Position numbers and translations under genes: made by a program
Notes under the pieces: generated by a model
Databases searched by the model: none
Told to the model about the DNA's origin: nothing
What the model saw: the letters and a program-made list of their open reading frames with translations, nothing else
IMG/VR virus record: IMGVR_UViG_3300021400_001346
Span: 51,740 to 115,739 of that record
Reading direction: 5' to 3' (one strand)
Length of the DNA: 64,000 nt
Source: a virus
Taxonomy: Duplodnaviria; Caudoviricetes
Shown here: piece by piece, positions 9,467 to 23,805 of the stretch
How the letters are laid out: every line of letters begins with the position of its first letter
Position numbering within the stretch: the first letter of the stretch is position 1

Positions 9467-12400
9467 ATGGCTACAGACAATGAAATTAAAATTACATTAG
9501 AAGCTGCAAAATCAGTTAGAGACACCATCAAACAAGAAGGTGGTTTTTCTGGTAGAAAAGGCGAAGCCTCATTAGATAAAGTTAATAATGTTATTAAGAC
9601 TATTGAAAAATTAGACCCTTCAAAAACTGACCTATTAAATAAAGAATTAAAAAACTTATCTTCTTTATTATTGAATGCATCTAAATATACTAAAGGAGTT
9701 AATTCTGACCTTGCGCAAGCAGTTACCAAATTACAAGAATTAAAAACTCAACAAAAGGATTTACAAAAAGAATTACGTGAGGCTTATAAAGCCCGTAAAC
9801 AATCTATTGAACAATTAAAAGAAGATAAAGAAATTAGTAAATATACCTTTAGAAGTAAAAAAACAGGTGAAAATGTTTCTTCTTATAAAACAATTTCTGC
9901 TTTACATCAAGAAGGAAATCTACAAATTTATAATCAAGCGGGAACTCTTTTGAAAGGCGCTGCCGCAGACACTGTTTATCAAAATAGTTTTGGACAAGCA
10001 GACCTTGCCAGCCAACAAGTTGAAGCATTAAAAGAAAAACTTCAACAAAGCAAAACAAGTGCTGAACAAGTACAACTTCAAGTTGACCAATTAGAATTAC
10101 AAGCAAAAGATGGAAAAGCTATTGCTGAAACACTTAAATTTGCTGGACAAATAGACAAAATGACTGAGCCACCTGAACAAGATGTCGGTGGATTAGATAC
10201 TGATGATATTAACTTACAAACTAATGCCATTGACAAACAAAATACTTCTCTTGGTAAAGCATTTAAGCAATTTTCTATTTATGCAATTGCTTTAAGAACA
10301 GTTAAATCTGCTTTACGTGAAGCCACTCAAACTATTGCTCGTTTAGACCAATATCTTACTGAACAAGCAATGGTTACTGGTAAAACTCGTAAAGAAACTT
10401 ATCAATTGCTTGAATCTTACCAAAGCATGGCAGGATCTCTTGGCACCACTACCAAAGAAGTTGCAGAAGTTACTACTCAATTCTTACGTCAAGGTAAAAG
10501 TGTTCAAGACTCTCTTAAATTAACAGAAGCCGCAATTTCTGCCGCAAAAGTTGCAGGTATTAGTGCGACTGAATCTGTTAACTATTTAACCACCGCTTTA
10601 AACGGTTTCCAATTAAGTGCGGATCAAGCTATCCGTGTTTCTGATAAATTCGCCGCAGTCGCTGCAACCGCCGCTACATCATACGACGAAATTGCTATTG
10701 CATTAAGTAAGGTTGCTGCACAAGCCAATCTTGCTGGTATGTCTATCGACTATACAACTGCCCTTTTAACAAAAGGTCTTGAAACAACTCGAGAAGCGCC
10801 AGAAACAATTGGTACTGCACTTAAAACTATTATCGCTCGTATGCGTGAGCTTTCCGATTATGGTGAAACTCTCGGCGGCGATACTGATATCAACAACGTT
10901 GAATCACAATTGGCATATGTTGGTATTCAATTACGTGATAATAATGGAGAATTACGTTCAACTGAAGACGTTTTAAATGATTTAGGACAAAAATGGGATA
11001 CTTTAAATAGTAACCAACAAGCGGCTGTTGCAAAAGCACTTGCTGGTACACGTCAACAATCACGTTTAATCGCTATGATGTCTGATTATGAACGTGTTCT
11101 TGAATTACAACAAATTTCTGAAAGATCTGCAGGTGCAACTGTTGCACAAATGGCAACCTACCTTGAAGGTATGGAGGCCGCAACAAATCGTGTTCGTGTT
11201 GCATGAGAAACCATTATTACTACTGTTGCTAACAATGATTTAATTATAGGCTTAGTTAATATTGGAGCTAATATATTAGACAGCATAAATGGTATCCTTG
11301 GAACTATGCCAGGTATGATTGCGGCCGTTACAATGTTATCTATACTTGGTTTAAATATTGTTGGTAACAAATTACGTGAATATCAAATTAGTAAAATACA
11401 AGCCAATTTAGACTTACAACGCGCTCAAGCTGACAATAAGGCTAATCAAGGACAAATTCGTGCAAATATTATTCAATTAGCACAAGAAAAGAAATTACAA
11501 AATGCTCAAGCAATAACAACAAAATTAACAGAAGCAGAAACTGCAGCTAAAATGGGAGATTTAGCCCAAGCTAAAAAATTAACTGCTGAAGCTAAACTTT
11601 TAAATACTGAAGGTGATGACCAAATTAATCAGCAATTCGAACTTTTAGAAGGTTTTCAATTACAAGCTGATAATTTGGCTTTACAATCTTCTAATCTTTT
11701 AGGTCTTGCTGGAGCTTGAAGTGGTATTTTGACAATAGTTAATGCGATCAATACTGCATTAGGCATTGGCAATCTCCTTCAAATGGCAAGAGTTGCTTTA
11801 AAAGGTGCAGAAAATAAAGAAGATAAAAAAGCAATTGCTAACACGATGTTAAAAAATAAGGCAGAACTTAAAGGTTTACCTGGCCTTATTGCTAAAGCTT
11901 ATGCTAAATCTGTTGCAAGTTTAGGACCAATTGCTGGCTCTATTGCATTTGCGTCTATTGCGGCTGCAATCACTGCCTTAGGAGTTATGGGTGGTATTGC
12001 AATCGCTGGAGGATTTAAACAAGCGGATCCATTAGACGATATTAATAAAACTTCTAATTCTATTTACCAGCTTAATAAATCTACAACCGCTATTAAATCT
12101 ACTATTTCTTCTTTTGAAAAGTTAGATGAACATATTATTAAAACTAAAAAAGATGCAGAAGATATGGCTACCGCCCTCGAAGGTGCAGCAGATAAATTAT
12201 CTTCTGATACTGAAGGTACTCTTCACAATATGTTAGGTCTTCGTGCCGGACAATCTGCACAAGATTATTATAAAACTTTAACTAGTGATAAACAACGTTT
12301 AGAATTTTTAAAACGTTATACAGAACTTTCTAATACATTAATTCGTCAACAACATGAACAAATTATTAGAACTATTCGACAAAATAAACTTAATTTATCA

Positions 12401-14098
12401 TTAGCTGAAAATGCTACTGCGGCAGCCGCAGTATATGCCCGTAACAATCTCGTACTCTATGATTACATTGATGGTTTAGAGATGGAAGCCAATGGGCTTC
12501 AAGAAGTAACTCAAGCTATTCTTGAACAAATTGATGCAAATCAAGCCCTTAATCTTACACAACAACAAATTCAAGACTTAGCACAAAAAATTCAAGACAG
12601 CGGCGCGGCTAGTATCTTCTCCGAAGAAGGCGGTTCTATTTTAGAACGTGCCCGTGCATTTAGAGACCTTAGTTCCGCTTTACAAAGTGACGCAGAGGCT
12701 CTTAAAGCCCTTAATAAGGCTTATTCCGAATGAGTTACTTTCGCCGGCATGGATGATGATACTTTAGAGATACTTGATAAACTTAAATTAAATGCAGATA
12801 AACTTAATGATTTAAATGCAGCATATACTAAGTTACAAAAGAATGGAGTACCCATTTCTCAAGAAAGTTATCAGGCTCGTATTCCAATTTTACTTAATAC
12901 CCTTGCGGCAACTAGCGGAGATGTCGCAGCTACAATTCGTACTGTCTTTGCATCTGAACTTGATCGCGCCGGCCAAGATTATGAAAAATGGTGGAATGCA
13001 TTTGTTAGCGTATTAGGAGATTCCCTTACTGTTGGTATTCTCAACATGGGACAAAGTATAGATACTCTTCAAAACAATATCAATGCCTTTTACGAAAAAG
13101 CATCTAAATGGACCACTCTTACTGAAACTGAGAAAAATGAGTTCTTAGCCGATTACGCTGATCTCTTCTCTGGAGAGAATGGTGCAAAATTAAAAGCGGC
13201 TTTTGAAAGTGGCAATTACAATCTGATTCATGAAGCCTTACTTAATAATGAAGTCTTACAAGAACAAGTCGACAAACAACTTCAACAAGTTGAACAAGAA
13301 CTTGCGGTTGAAAAAGCTCGTATTGGTAGCGCCCGTAATGAGGCTTATATCGCCGAACTTGAAGAATACAAAAAGCAACTTCAAAACCGCAACAAACTTT
13401 TCCAAGCCGATCTCAACTTACGCTTGGAACAACAAAATAAACAATTAGATGAATATAAATCTTATTTACAAGAACAAGAAAAAGCACTCACTGATTCGCT
13501 CAATAAGCGTCGTGATGCTTATGAAAAATACTTCGATGCTATTAATGAAAGCAAAGAAGACGAAGAATATGAAGAACAAGCGCAACTATTGGCATCCAAC
13601 CTTAGTAAACTTGGTTCTACCACTAACGCGGCCGCAGTTAACCAACGTGCCGAATTAGAACAACAACTTCGTGACCTTGAAAAAGAAAGACTTGAAACTT
13701 TGCGTGAACGTGCGCAAGAAGCTATTTTAAATGAAATGGACGACACACTTAATGCTATTAGTGAAAAGTTTGATAAGTTATTAGAAAACAATCAAGCGCT
13801 TTTAATGGCATTAACAGGACAACTTAACAATCCAGTTGCCTTCCTTACCAGCATGTTGGCTAACCGTATTGCTGGAGGCGCAACTGAACTCGAAATGCAA
13901 GATTACTTCGGCACCTTAAGAAGTACTTATGGTTCTATCTTAAGTGATATTGATTGGGATAGTTTCTCATTTGGTACAGACGTCAGCAACAATTTAACAT
14001 TAAATGTTGCCGGCCAAGAAGTAAACTTATCTGCCGCTGATTCAAGAGTCGTCTTTGCTGCAATTGAAACTGCATTAAAACAAATCGGATACAAATAG
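9467..14098 (+). CDS. Tail tape measure protein (TP901-like core), 1543 aa, 3 in-frame TGA(Trp)
   Basis: Four track ORFs share one frame, separated only by TGA at 11204, 11717, 12731; TP901-type core (TREAPETIGTALKTIIARM, LAGTRQQSRLIAMM), Ala/Gln/Leu coiled coils. Confidence 0.92.
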
Positions 14099-14111
14099 AG
14101 GAGGAAAAATT

Positions 14112-15278
14112 ATGGCTTTAACATCACAGATTTATCCAGGCGTTAGTAGCGATGCCACTAAAACTGCCAAAAGAAAGCAATTAAAATCCATGATGGATAA
14201 TTTTTCCACCTTCTCTTGAGATGGATATAATGCATTTGATAGTTTCGGGGCCTTTATTATTAATGACCGCAATGGACTTAAATTCTACAACGGCCCTACC
14301 TTTTCAAATACATATTCTAAACCACAATTCAGCCGCACTAATGCGACTTTATCTGGAGTTTCATTTAATCAACAAAAAATTCAATTCACTATTGGTGTTT
14401 ATTGGATTACTGAAGAAGATTATCGTTTATTTTTAAACTGGTTAAACCCATATGTCATTGGTAACTTATGCTTTGGCTATGATAGTCAATATAGATATGT
14501 TTGTAAATTATCAAATATACAAGATAGCACACGTTATGTTTTAGGTTATACTAATCCAACCCCCAATAATGACTCTTCAGTCAATTCCAAACTTAATTAT
14601 TCCAAATTATTAGGTGGCAATGAACCCGCTTATTATACAGAATTACAATTAACTTTTGAATTACAAGGTGAAAGTTGCGCTATTACTAATACTAGTTACC
14701 AATTTAATACAGACGCCATTTTAAGCAACCCTAATGAGGGCATTCAAGCCTATCCTCTTATGGTTGGTGACAATCCTCAATTATCTGACTTGCCAATGCC
14801 ATTTGTTATTTATAGCAACTTTGTTATTAATCACCCATTGGTAACTGAACCTTTAAATATTACTTGCCATGTCTGTTACTATGATGGAGAAAATGTAACC
14901 TTAAATGCCCTTTCACAAGCAGTTGAAACCGGCGGTAAATTATTATTCTCTATCGCACTTAAAAATTTAACTTATAATACTTCTGGTGCAACTGATAATA
15001 GTTTACCATTAAATTTGCAACTATCTTACGATTCTGAAGCCGGCTTATTATATCTCACCTACAACAACTCTAAAAAATACTTAGCAAGCCTTTTAAATAC
15101 TTCAACAGATGGCAAACACATCGTTAATGCCTTAGACATTAACAGAACTTACATTCCTGGCCGTTTTGATTTTAGAGGACTCGACTATACCAAACTTTAT
15201 TTCGTTTTCCAATATGATACGCAATTAACCGCCGAAACTCCTTCTATCGAAGCTTACGGCCGCACTAATATATTATAG
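14112..15278 (+). CDS. Putative distal tail (Dit-like) protein, 388 aa
   Basis: GAGGAGG RBS; one TGA at 14217 (FSTFSWDGYNAFDSFGAFII); frame open to TAG 15278; immediately after the tape measure gene. Confidence 0.65.
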
Positions 15279-15291
15279 GAGGTAAGACATT

Positions 15292-15915
15292 ATGGCAGAT
15301 TTAAAACACATAAATTATGGATACGACTTACCATCTCCTACTGGTAGTTTTAACACTTACATTCAAGAACTTGATGCGCATTTAGATGCATTAGAAAGAG
15401 TTAATTCCTACTGGGATATGATTAGAATTGCAGATGTCGCAAACTCTGCATCTCAAATTCAATCTAAAATTAATTCCTTACTTCCTAATACTTCCTTAAT
15501 CATTAATACAAACGAAGATTCAAACTATAAAAAAGGAGACATTGTCGTTAAAAAGTACGACAATTCTACCATTTTAATTCCAGCAGGCAATACCATTACT
15601 TATCAACCTGTTAGTCTTACTACTGATAATACCAACATTTATATTAATTATCAATACCAACCTAACCCAGTACCTGGCAATATTTCTATTTCCGGCACTA
15701 TTACAACTCCTACTGGTATTACTACTTATAATAAACAATATACTGTTGCTAGCGGCATCGTAAGATTTCCTATAATTGAAAATTTAACCCCTATTATCAA
15801 ATTATACAGTGCAGAAAATGAATTAGTCTACGCTGACTACAATTTGTCAGTTAGTGGTCCTAATTATCAAATATCTAACTTGCCTCTTGTCGTTACGCAC
15901 GTTGTGGTAAAATAA
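15292..15915 (+). CDS. Hypothetical tail/baseplate protein
   Basis: 207 aa, AGGAGG RBS, T/N/Y-rich. Confidence 0.65.
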   Translation: MADLKHINYGYDLPSPTGSFNTYIQELDAHLDALERVNSYWDMIRIADVANSASQIQSKINSLLPNTSLIINTNEDSNYKKGDIVVKKYDNSTILIPAGNTITYQPVSLTTDNTNIYINYQYQPNPVPGNISISGTITTPTGITTYNKQYTVASGIVRFPIIENLTPIIKLYSAENELVYADYNLSVSGPNYQISNLPLVVTHVVVK

Positions 15916-15916
15916 T

Positions 15917-17350
15917 ATGAGAGTTTTTGATGATTATTTAAATAATCCCCAATACTGAAAGAAACATTGGGCACATCTGCTTTATAATCGTGCCAAGTCT
16001 ATGTACGATTATATTCGTTATTTTAATCCAAACTGGGTTATTTTAAACGACGCCGCAAATAAAGATCCATGGAAAAGATTTAGTGAATTTGCGACACCTG
16101 ATAGTAGCATTATGCCTTTTAGCAGCGAGGAAGAGCTAATTGATAATGGATACCTTAAGATTTTGCATGTCGATGGAGAAAGAGACAACCGTTATATTAT
16201 TTTGGCTAGTAAGTTATACTGGCGAGAAGGTATTCTCAATTCTTTCTTAACAAAAGCTTATGTTTGAGGAGGAGATGAAAAATCTTGGGAAGACTATGGC
16301 GGTACAGTTGTTTCTGACACCGAATGAAGCATTAACCCATTTTTACTTGAACAATTAAATTCAGTAAATGAAAAACCTTTAGACTTTGAAAATTTAGAGT
16401 TTTATAATCCAAGTTTAGATATTTTTGTACCAATTCATCCATTAGCAAGAGACAGCAATTTATCTCTTGCTTCATCAGGCTCAAATCTTCCAACTGGAGC
16501 CGATGTTACATCTACAGATATTGACCTTTTACCTTCTGATATAGATTTCGAACCTACAGGCATTGATATTACTCCTACTGGAGAACTTACTCCTACAGGC
16601 GCTACGCCAGTTACAGTTCTCACAGCGAAAATTGATTTGACCGCCACCGATTTACATCGTGAAACTCCTGCAAAGACTATAGACATTGAAACTAAAATTA
16701 ATGATGGTGGCATTTCTATTTACTATGGTTTAAGCGATTCATTAATACCAGATTTAACAGGCAGACCTTTATTACAATTGCCAACTAGTTATGTAGTTTT
16801 TAACAATTATCAACCAATTTTTGACGACCCACAAGGAGCAGTACGTAACATTCCTTCATTTGAAAAACACATGTTGATTATTCCAATGAGCAGTTCATTA
16901 GTTTATTCAATCATTGCCGCATACGATAATAACACAATATCTTTTATTGGTCGTCCTGTTGAAACAAACGGTAATATTCGTCAAATCCTTTTCTCTTACA
17001 ACCCTTTGCCAAGCCGCTTTACTTCAAAAAAGCCACTTACTGGCAATCTTAGTGTAAATAAAACTTATTACAACCACTCATATAATGCTAATACTGGGCA
17101 AGACGATATTAATATTTACGATTTTACAAACCATGCTGTTTGGAACGGAGAATCTTTCCTTGAACATGAAACCTACTTTGATAATGCCAATACTTCACCA
17201 ACAGGCGCAGCCTTGCCAATAGACGAAATGATTTTAGATGAGACCGTTGAATTCGCTTTCTTTAATATTGATAATTCCATTTCTCATGGTTATACTATAA
17301 ATGTAAAAAATAATCCATCACCACGCACACACTTGAGGGTATTATATTAG
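15917..17350 (+). CDS. Hypothetical tail/baseplate protein, 477 aa, 3 TGA(Trp)
   Basis: ATG 15917 one base after the previous stop; joins track ORFs 16001 and 16637 in one frame; cluster of PTG motifs near 16490-16600. Confidence 0.75.
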
Positions 17351-17363
17351 GAGGTAGTATACT

Positions 17364-20300
17364 ATGGCATATTTTAAACTTGAACTACTTACTCCCAATA
17401 TCGTTTTTGGTACTAATAAAAACTATGGGAATATTACATATTTTAAAGACACCATTAGTGAATTTGATTTATCAAATACTACTTTTCAATCCACTCGCTC
17501 TTCTGACGAAATGTGGGCTACTACTAATTTTACTTACACATATAATGAAAAGCTATCTATTCATCAAAATAGTCAAAAAGATTTAACTTTTTCTTTAAAT
17601 CTTAAAACTTTTTCACATAACAACTGGATAAACAATCCTTTCGCGGATTTACTCCATGTTGGTAGCAAATTGCTTTTAACTGATAAATATAATAACACTT
17701 ATATTTTTAATGTTACTAAAATTGAATACAAACCTAATGAAATCAACACTGAGCTCGCTTTTACTTGCCAAGATACTTTCTCTTATCAACTGGCACGTCA
17801 AAACAGCGGCTACACCATTAAGAATGATGAAACATCAGAAGACTTCATTGGCGCCCGCACATTAGACTATTGGGCATTAAAAATTGCTCAAGAATGTCAT
17901 ATTAGTTTCGCGGACTACTTACGTCTCGACCAAGGATTATGTCGCCTTACTTTAGCAGATGGCACAATTGAATATCACGTTACTAATAGTTTTGATAATG
18001 TAATGCCTTATGGCGCCGCAGAAGTAGTAGATTTTACTATTGTTAAACCTATTTTTCCTAAACCAACTGAATTAGATAAAACTTATGCGGACTACTATGA
18101 GGAAATTCCTTTTGCGGTTAGCGGTTCAACTGCCAGTGCGGCACTTATTGCCCTCGGCAATGAATTGTCCTTTAACTTAACTACTTGCGATACTTTTGAT
18201 GCCGAATCTAAACAACAAAAGTCTTATTTCTGGTTTGCGCCTGCACATAATGACCAAATTAGTGGTCTTACCTATTCTCCTTATAAGAATATTCAATCTT
18301 TCTCTTTTGGTAACTCAGGTGAGGCGCTTACTACTGTACTTAATGTCGAAGCGCGCAAATTATCTGATGATAGTTTGGTTACTATGCTTCCTGAAGTTAA
18401 TGGCTTCTTTACTCAATATTTCTTAGATACCGAATGAGAGCAAAGTGTCTTTACAACTGGAATGTTTAGTGAAATTTGTCAAGGCAATACTAAAGTGGCC
18501 ACCACAGACGCTTCTTTTGAAAACGCCTATTTAATCGCTACTACTTACGAAGCCGTTGCGCCTGAAGCTTTCCGTAACTTATGGTATCAAAGAAAGTTTA
18601 GCAAGGTGGTATTAAATGATACTCCTTACATTTGCATACCTTGTTACCAAAATAGTTATTCCGCACTTTTCCATACTCCTAAATGGTATGGTCGCATTAA
18701 CTTCCGCACTCATAATCAAGAAGTTACTAATGTTTTAGAAAGCGCAGCCAGCCATATTAGTTTTAATACTTTTGGTGTTTATTTTGATATTAATACCGCC
18801 TTCTTAGGTTTATTCTCTGAAGATGAGACACCTGAATTATTATATTTAGTTGGCGAAGATGACCAAGAACTTGCTGTCGAAGCTCGTAATCAAGACTATC
18901 TCGCGGCGATTTTAATTCCTGTAGGTCAATTTTATCAAGGCGGCGAGGATTCCATTGATGAGGCCAACCTTTCTGACATTACCAATTATCACGTCTACTT
19001 CAATTGGAATCGTGTACCAACTGAGTCTGAATTACAATTCGCGGCGATCGCAGACCAAGCCCCTTGGTTAGAAAATAAAATTATTGATTTCTCTTACTTT
19101 GTTAAACAACACATCATTAACCAAGACGAATATAGACATTTAATTGATATGCTTTACAACGAATTGCGTATCGTTAATGGTCAATTGCTCGTTTACTATA
19201 AATCTTACGTTGCGGCCGTACAAGCCAAAACTAAAATTGTGGCAGAAGTACTTAACAGTTTGGATGCCCTTGGCGCGGCGTTGCAAGCAGATGTTATTGA
19301 TGTTTATGCAACCAAAGGGAAACTCGAAGACTTTTCTTACTTTAATCAAGCCTACAACACAGTACTTGAAACACAAAAACAAAATAAAACTTTATTCAAT
19401 CTTCCTTCTTTATTAGAAGAATACTTCCGCAAATATTTCAATGCCGAACAACGTTTCTTAAAGAATATTCATAGATTCCAAGAATACTTTAATGCACCTG
19501 TTTCATTTGGTAAAGAAGGCACCGCTATTTATCAACATGATGTTAGATTGTCTAATAGCACCTTACCTGCCGGAACTACTCGTTATGCATTTTTAACCTT
19601 TCCAAATGCACAATTCCGCACTTTACCACAAGATTTTGCGGAATGGATAAATGATAAAGAGAGCATTAATTACGGTCAACCTTATAATACAATCTATTAT
19701 AAGAATATGGCTTCACCTGTAAAAATTGTTACTCAAGATACATTAGCTAATTACTATTTACCATTAATTCGTCAAGATCAAGACTTATTATCTTGCGCAG
19801 GTCAAAAATATTCTGCAACACAATCTTATTATTATAAAGAGAATAATGAGTGAAAACAAGCCGATTTTAGTTATCTTGCTGAACATTACTTACAAGGTAG
19901 TAATAGAAACAAATTCTATCTTAGAGACCAAGAATATAAATCTGTTAACAGTCCTGAACCATATTTAAACTGGGGCGAAGTTGGCACATTAACAAGTTGG
20001 CTTTACAATGAAGATGACTCGAATAAGACGAATGATTTGTTAAGAGTTTTATGTGCATTAACCTACAGCGACGCAGAGTTAACTTTAACTGACGCCAACT
20101 TGGCACAAACTTTATTTGATGCTTTCAAAAAAGTAAACTTGCCTAAAAATGCTACTCCTTCTTATACATATACATCTTGTTTTCCTTTAGCTAATGTATA
20201 TGTTAAAGACTATAAATATAATATTATTAACGGTAGTAACTTATCTATTTCAGTTTTAAATCAACAAGGGTTAACATATCAACAATGGTATGACGCACAA

Positions 20301-22964
20301 CTCCAAAAATACCCAGGTGAAGAACCTGTCGCGACAGATTTTACTAACAGTCGAACTTATTATCCAGTTTCATTAGTTACTCCTAATAACTATACTGCTT
20401 TTTATCATAGAATCAGTCGTCTTGATACTCAAGTTGTACATCAAAAGAATCTTGATAAACCTTATTGGCAAACCGAATACGAATTACGATGCTATCCTTC
20501 TGTTGAACACTGGGGTCATATGCCTGAAGCTATTAAAAATAACTGGGCAACTGAAGGTAATGAATGATTTTATGATTTCTTTAATCATCAAATTGATACT
20601 GATATTAATGAAGACTGGTCTAAGGAAGCCGCATGGAACGACTGCTATACTTTAAATCATGGCAAAAGCGCTGATGCATACGACCTTTATCAATCTTATG
20701 TATCATACTTCCAAAGCCATCAAAACGATAGCGGGTTACGTATTGGTGAAGACCTTTATCAAAATAATGTACATAACTGGGGTACTTTCTATAATTTAAC
20801 CGGTTGGACATACAACACTATTCGTTCTGATACTTATAATAATGTCTTCTACTATCAACCTAGATTCTGGAGAATTTTACATAGTCCTACTGATATTATA
20901 AACAATACTGACGATTATTATTATTTGCCTATCTACATGTTGGAAACAACTAGTCCTCAACCTTTTGATAGTGTTAAAAATAATATATCATCAGCAGCAG
21001 GAACCGTTTGCGCTTTATATAAGAATCATGATGCTTTTCTTACTTGACTTTCAAGCAATAGTCATGAGCTATACGAAGGCGTTACCGATTATATTATTAA
21101 TCAAGACACTTATTACTTCTTACGTCCGCTTTTACAACCTTTACCAAATATTCCTACCGCTTCAATGGTACCTATGTCTGCAGTTCCAGATGTAGATAGA
21201 ACTCTTACTAATTCTACTTTCACATCTGTACATTATCATATGGAAATCACCGAAAAAGATGGTATGATTCTTCGTATCGCATATTACGATGGTAGCAAAT
21301 ACTTTGTTACTTATGGTTATATTGTACACGATGAAAAATATTTACGTAAAGCAGTACCTGCCGATTACACCTTATCTATGGGCGTACCATATCAATGCGC
21401 AGACGATTTGTCTCCAGCATGGGGTAAATTATCTGACTTTGTAGATGATTTCTATACACCTGCACAATTAGATGATAACTTTATTAATGCTCAAACTTAT
21501 TTAGTTAATAATAATATCTCTGATTTCTTAGACGATAATTATATTAACTTACATTTCTATTATAAAGACAACGATGAATATTTACGCGCTTATACCATTA
21601 AGCAAGTTATTAATCAATCTGATTTCTTCTATTTAAGTAATAATATCCATCAAGAAATTAATTTTACTGAAAAGCCTAGTGAATTCACCACAGCGGCGAT
21701 ATTAAATATTGTCCAAGGTGATGATACTACTAATTCTACTTTAGAGAAAATTGAATTATCAGACCCTATTGTATTTAATTACGATGGAACAACCATTAAG
21801 ACGGACTTAAATGTAGAACTACAAAAGTATATTAATGCGGACCTTCCATTAATTACTTCTTATGCCGTTGCTACTACTCAAATTGGTATGATTGATAGTT
21901 CAATTACTAACGGCACCTTCTGGTATAAATACCATGATAAGTTAGATTGGTCTCAAATTTGAGAATACTCTGCCATTATTGAGTCCGAGTTAGAAACTTA
22001 CTGGCAAGTGGCTTATGCCGCAAGTAAAAATTGCGAGTATTTCTTACCTGAACATTGGCAACAATCTATTAATGGCGTTGTTAACTATTTCAACAATGCA
22101 ATCATTCAAACAGATGGTACTAATGTAACACTTAGTTCAGAATACTTACCAATAGTTGAAGTTGTATCTCACAATGGACAAACAAACTTACCAAATTATG
22201 TTTTATCCCGCACAGAGAATTTAAAATTTAAATGAACAACCAACCAGGAAAGCGTCGATACTTCGGCCTTCCATTTACCTTCCGCGGTTTTCGGCTCTAA
22301 TCAGGCTATTCAAAACGTCATGAAAGAATTAGGTTTAACCACTCTTGATGACTACTGGACCGCCGAAAGCTCTGGTTCTACCGTTTATTACTACTCCAAT
22401 CATGGTGGTATTAAGTGGCGCGATCTCATTCCACATATCAATATGGTAAATACATCTGGTTACGATGGATTGGGCGGCTTATATCAAATGATGTTTAAAT
22501 ATTTTAATGAGAACTTCATTAACCAAGATATGGAAACTTATAATCGCCTTGTTGAACGTCAATCTAGTGTTTGGAAGCGCATTTATAATTTATACCCTGG
22601 TATAGTATTAGAAAGCACATATCAAAATGACTCTGCGACAACATCTGCAGATTTATATAAAATGGCCACTTATTACTTTAAAGATTTAAGCGCGCCAGAA
22701 AAATCATATAACATTGCATTAATTAACGCTGACCAACTTGAAGGCTATAGCGGCAATGAATTACACATTGGTGATTCAATCAAACTTAATATATTTGATT
22801 ATTACCAAAATACTGAATTATCTATATACAATGCACTTGATCAATATTTATTTATTACAGATATGAATTATTCATTGAGAACTGACCATGATTTAAGTCT
22901 AACTGTTAATAACATTAAATATCAAGACAAGATGATTCAACGTTTAGCAAAACTTATCCAGTAG
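17364..22964 (+). CDS. Large tail tip/baseplate hub (Tal-like) protein, 1866 aa, 6 TGA(Trp)
   Basis: Six track ORFs are co-framed; the only interruptions are TGA at 18435, 19851, 20565, 21045, 21960, 22233; N- and C-termini resemble siphovirus tail hub proteins. Confidence 0.75.
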
Positions 22965-23016
22965 AAGCTTTGACTTCTACGGATAAGTAGCGTAAATTTT
23001 AAAGAGAGGTATAAAA

Positions 23017-23805
23017 ATGGCAATTTTTTATCAATATATTAAAGGTTATAGTCCAGCCGGTCCTACTGGTCCTACAGGTGCTGGTGCTTTTGCATTTTTA
23101 AGTTTTGGTCCATCTGGAATATCTTTAAAAACCACTGAAGCAAATTCTTTTAGTGCTACTGGCACTGAACATGGAGATTTATTAACTACTGCAGGGGTCA
23201 CACAAACAGTAACAAAACGTGTCAATTTTAATGGGCAAGTTGATTTTACTAATAGAGTAAACGTTGGTCCTTCTGGAACAGTAGTAGTCTCCGCAGAACG
23301 TCCTATTCTTTTTGGTCCTTCCGGCGCGCAAATTAAATCCGGACCATCAGGTATCAGTCTTGATATTATTGGCGGACCAACTGGAATTTCTATGCAAGGT
23401 CCTATTAAAGCCACAGGCGGAATGGCTCTATCTGGAGATTTAAGTGTAACTGGTTCAATTCGTGCAACATCATTGGTTGAAGGCACATATTTTAACGCTA
23501 CATCAGATGCTCGTTTAAAAGAGAATATAGAACCGCTTACTTCATCTGCTTTAGACTATCTTAATCATATTAAAGTCTGCTCTTTTAATTACTTATCTAT
23601 GCCTGAAGAAAAATGTATTGGTGTAATTGCACAAGACTTAGAAAAATTAGGCTTATACAATGATATCGATTTCGTTGCAGAAAACGGCAGTGCTTTAACT
23701 GTCAAAGAAAGTAAGTTTGTTTATCTTCTTATGAAGGCTATTCAAGAGCAACAAGAAGAAATTAAAGAACTTAAAAAGCAATTGGAGGAATTAAGACATG
23801 AGTAG
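23017..23805 (+). CDS. Tail spike/fibre with C-terminal intramolecular chaperone (peptidase S74)
   Basis: ATSDARLKENIEPL...IGVIAQDL...LLMKAIQEQQEEIKELK autocleavage/chaperone signature; GP[ST]G repeats upstream. Confidence 0.85.
   Translation: MAIFYQYIKGYSPAGPTGPTGAGAFAFLSFGPSGISLKTTEANSFSATGTEHGDLLTTAGVTQTVTKRVNFNGQVDFTNRVNVGPSGTVVVSAERPILFGPSGAQIKSGPSGISLDIIGGPTGISMQGPIKATGGMALSGDLSVTGSIRATSLVEGTYFNATSDARLKENIEPLTSSALDYLNHIKVCSFNYLSMPEEKCIGVIAQDLEKLGLYNDIDFVAENGSALTVKESKFVYLLMKAIQEQQEEIKELKKQLEELRHE

Noticed and set aside
9102-9467. Programmed frameshift in the tail assembly chaperone
   Set aside because: Only 20 nt separate this gene from the tape measure start, leaving no room for a frameshifted extension, and no convincing slippery site was found.
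9467-22964. Fragmented tail genes as pseudogenes of a decayed prophage
   Set aside because: All breaks are TGA in a single frame, with no frameshifts or TAA/TAG; this is recoding, not decay.
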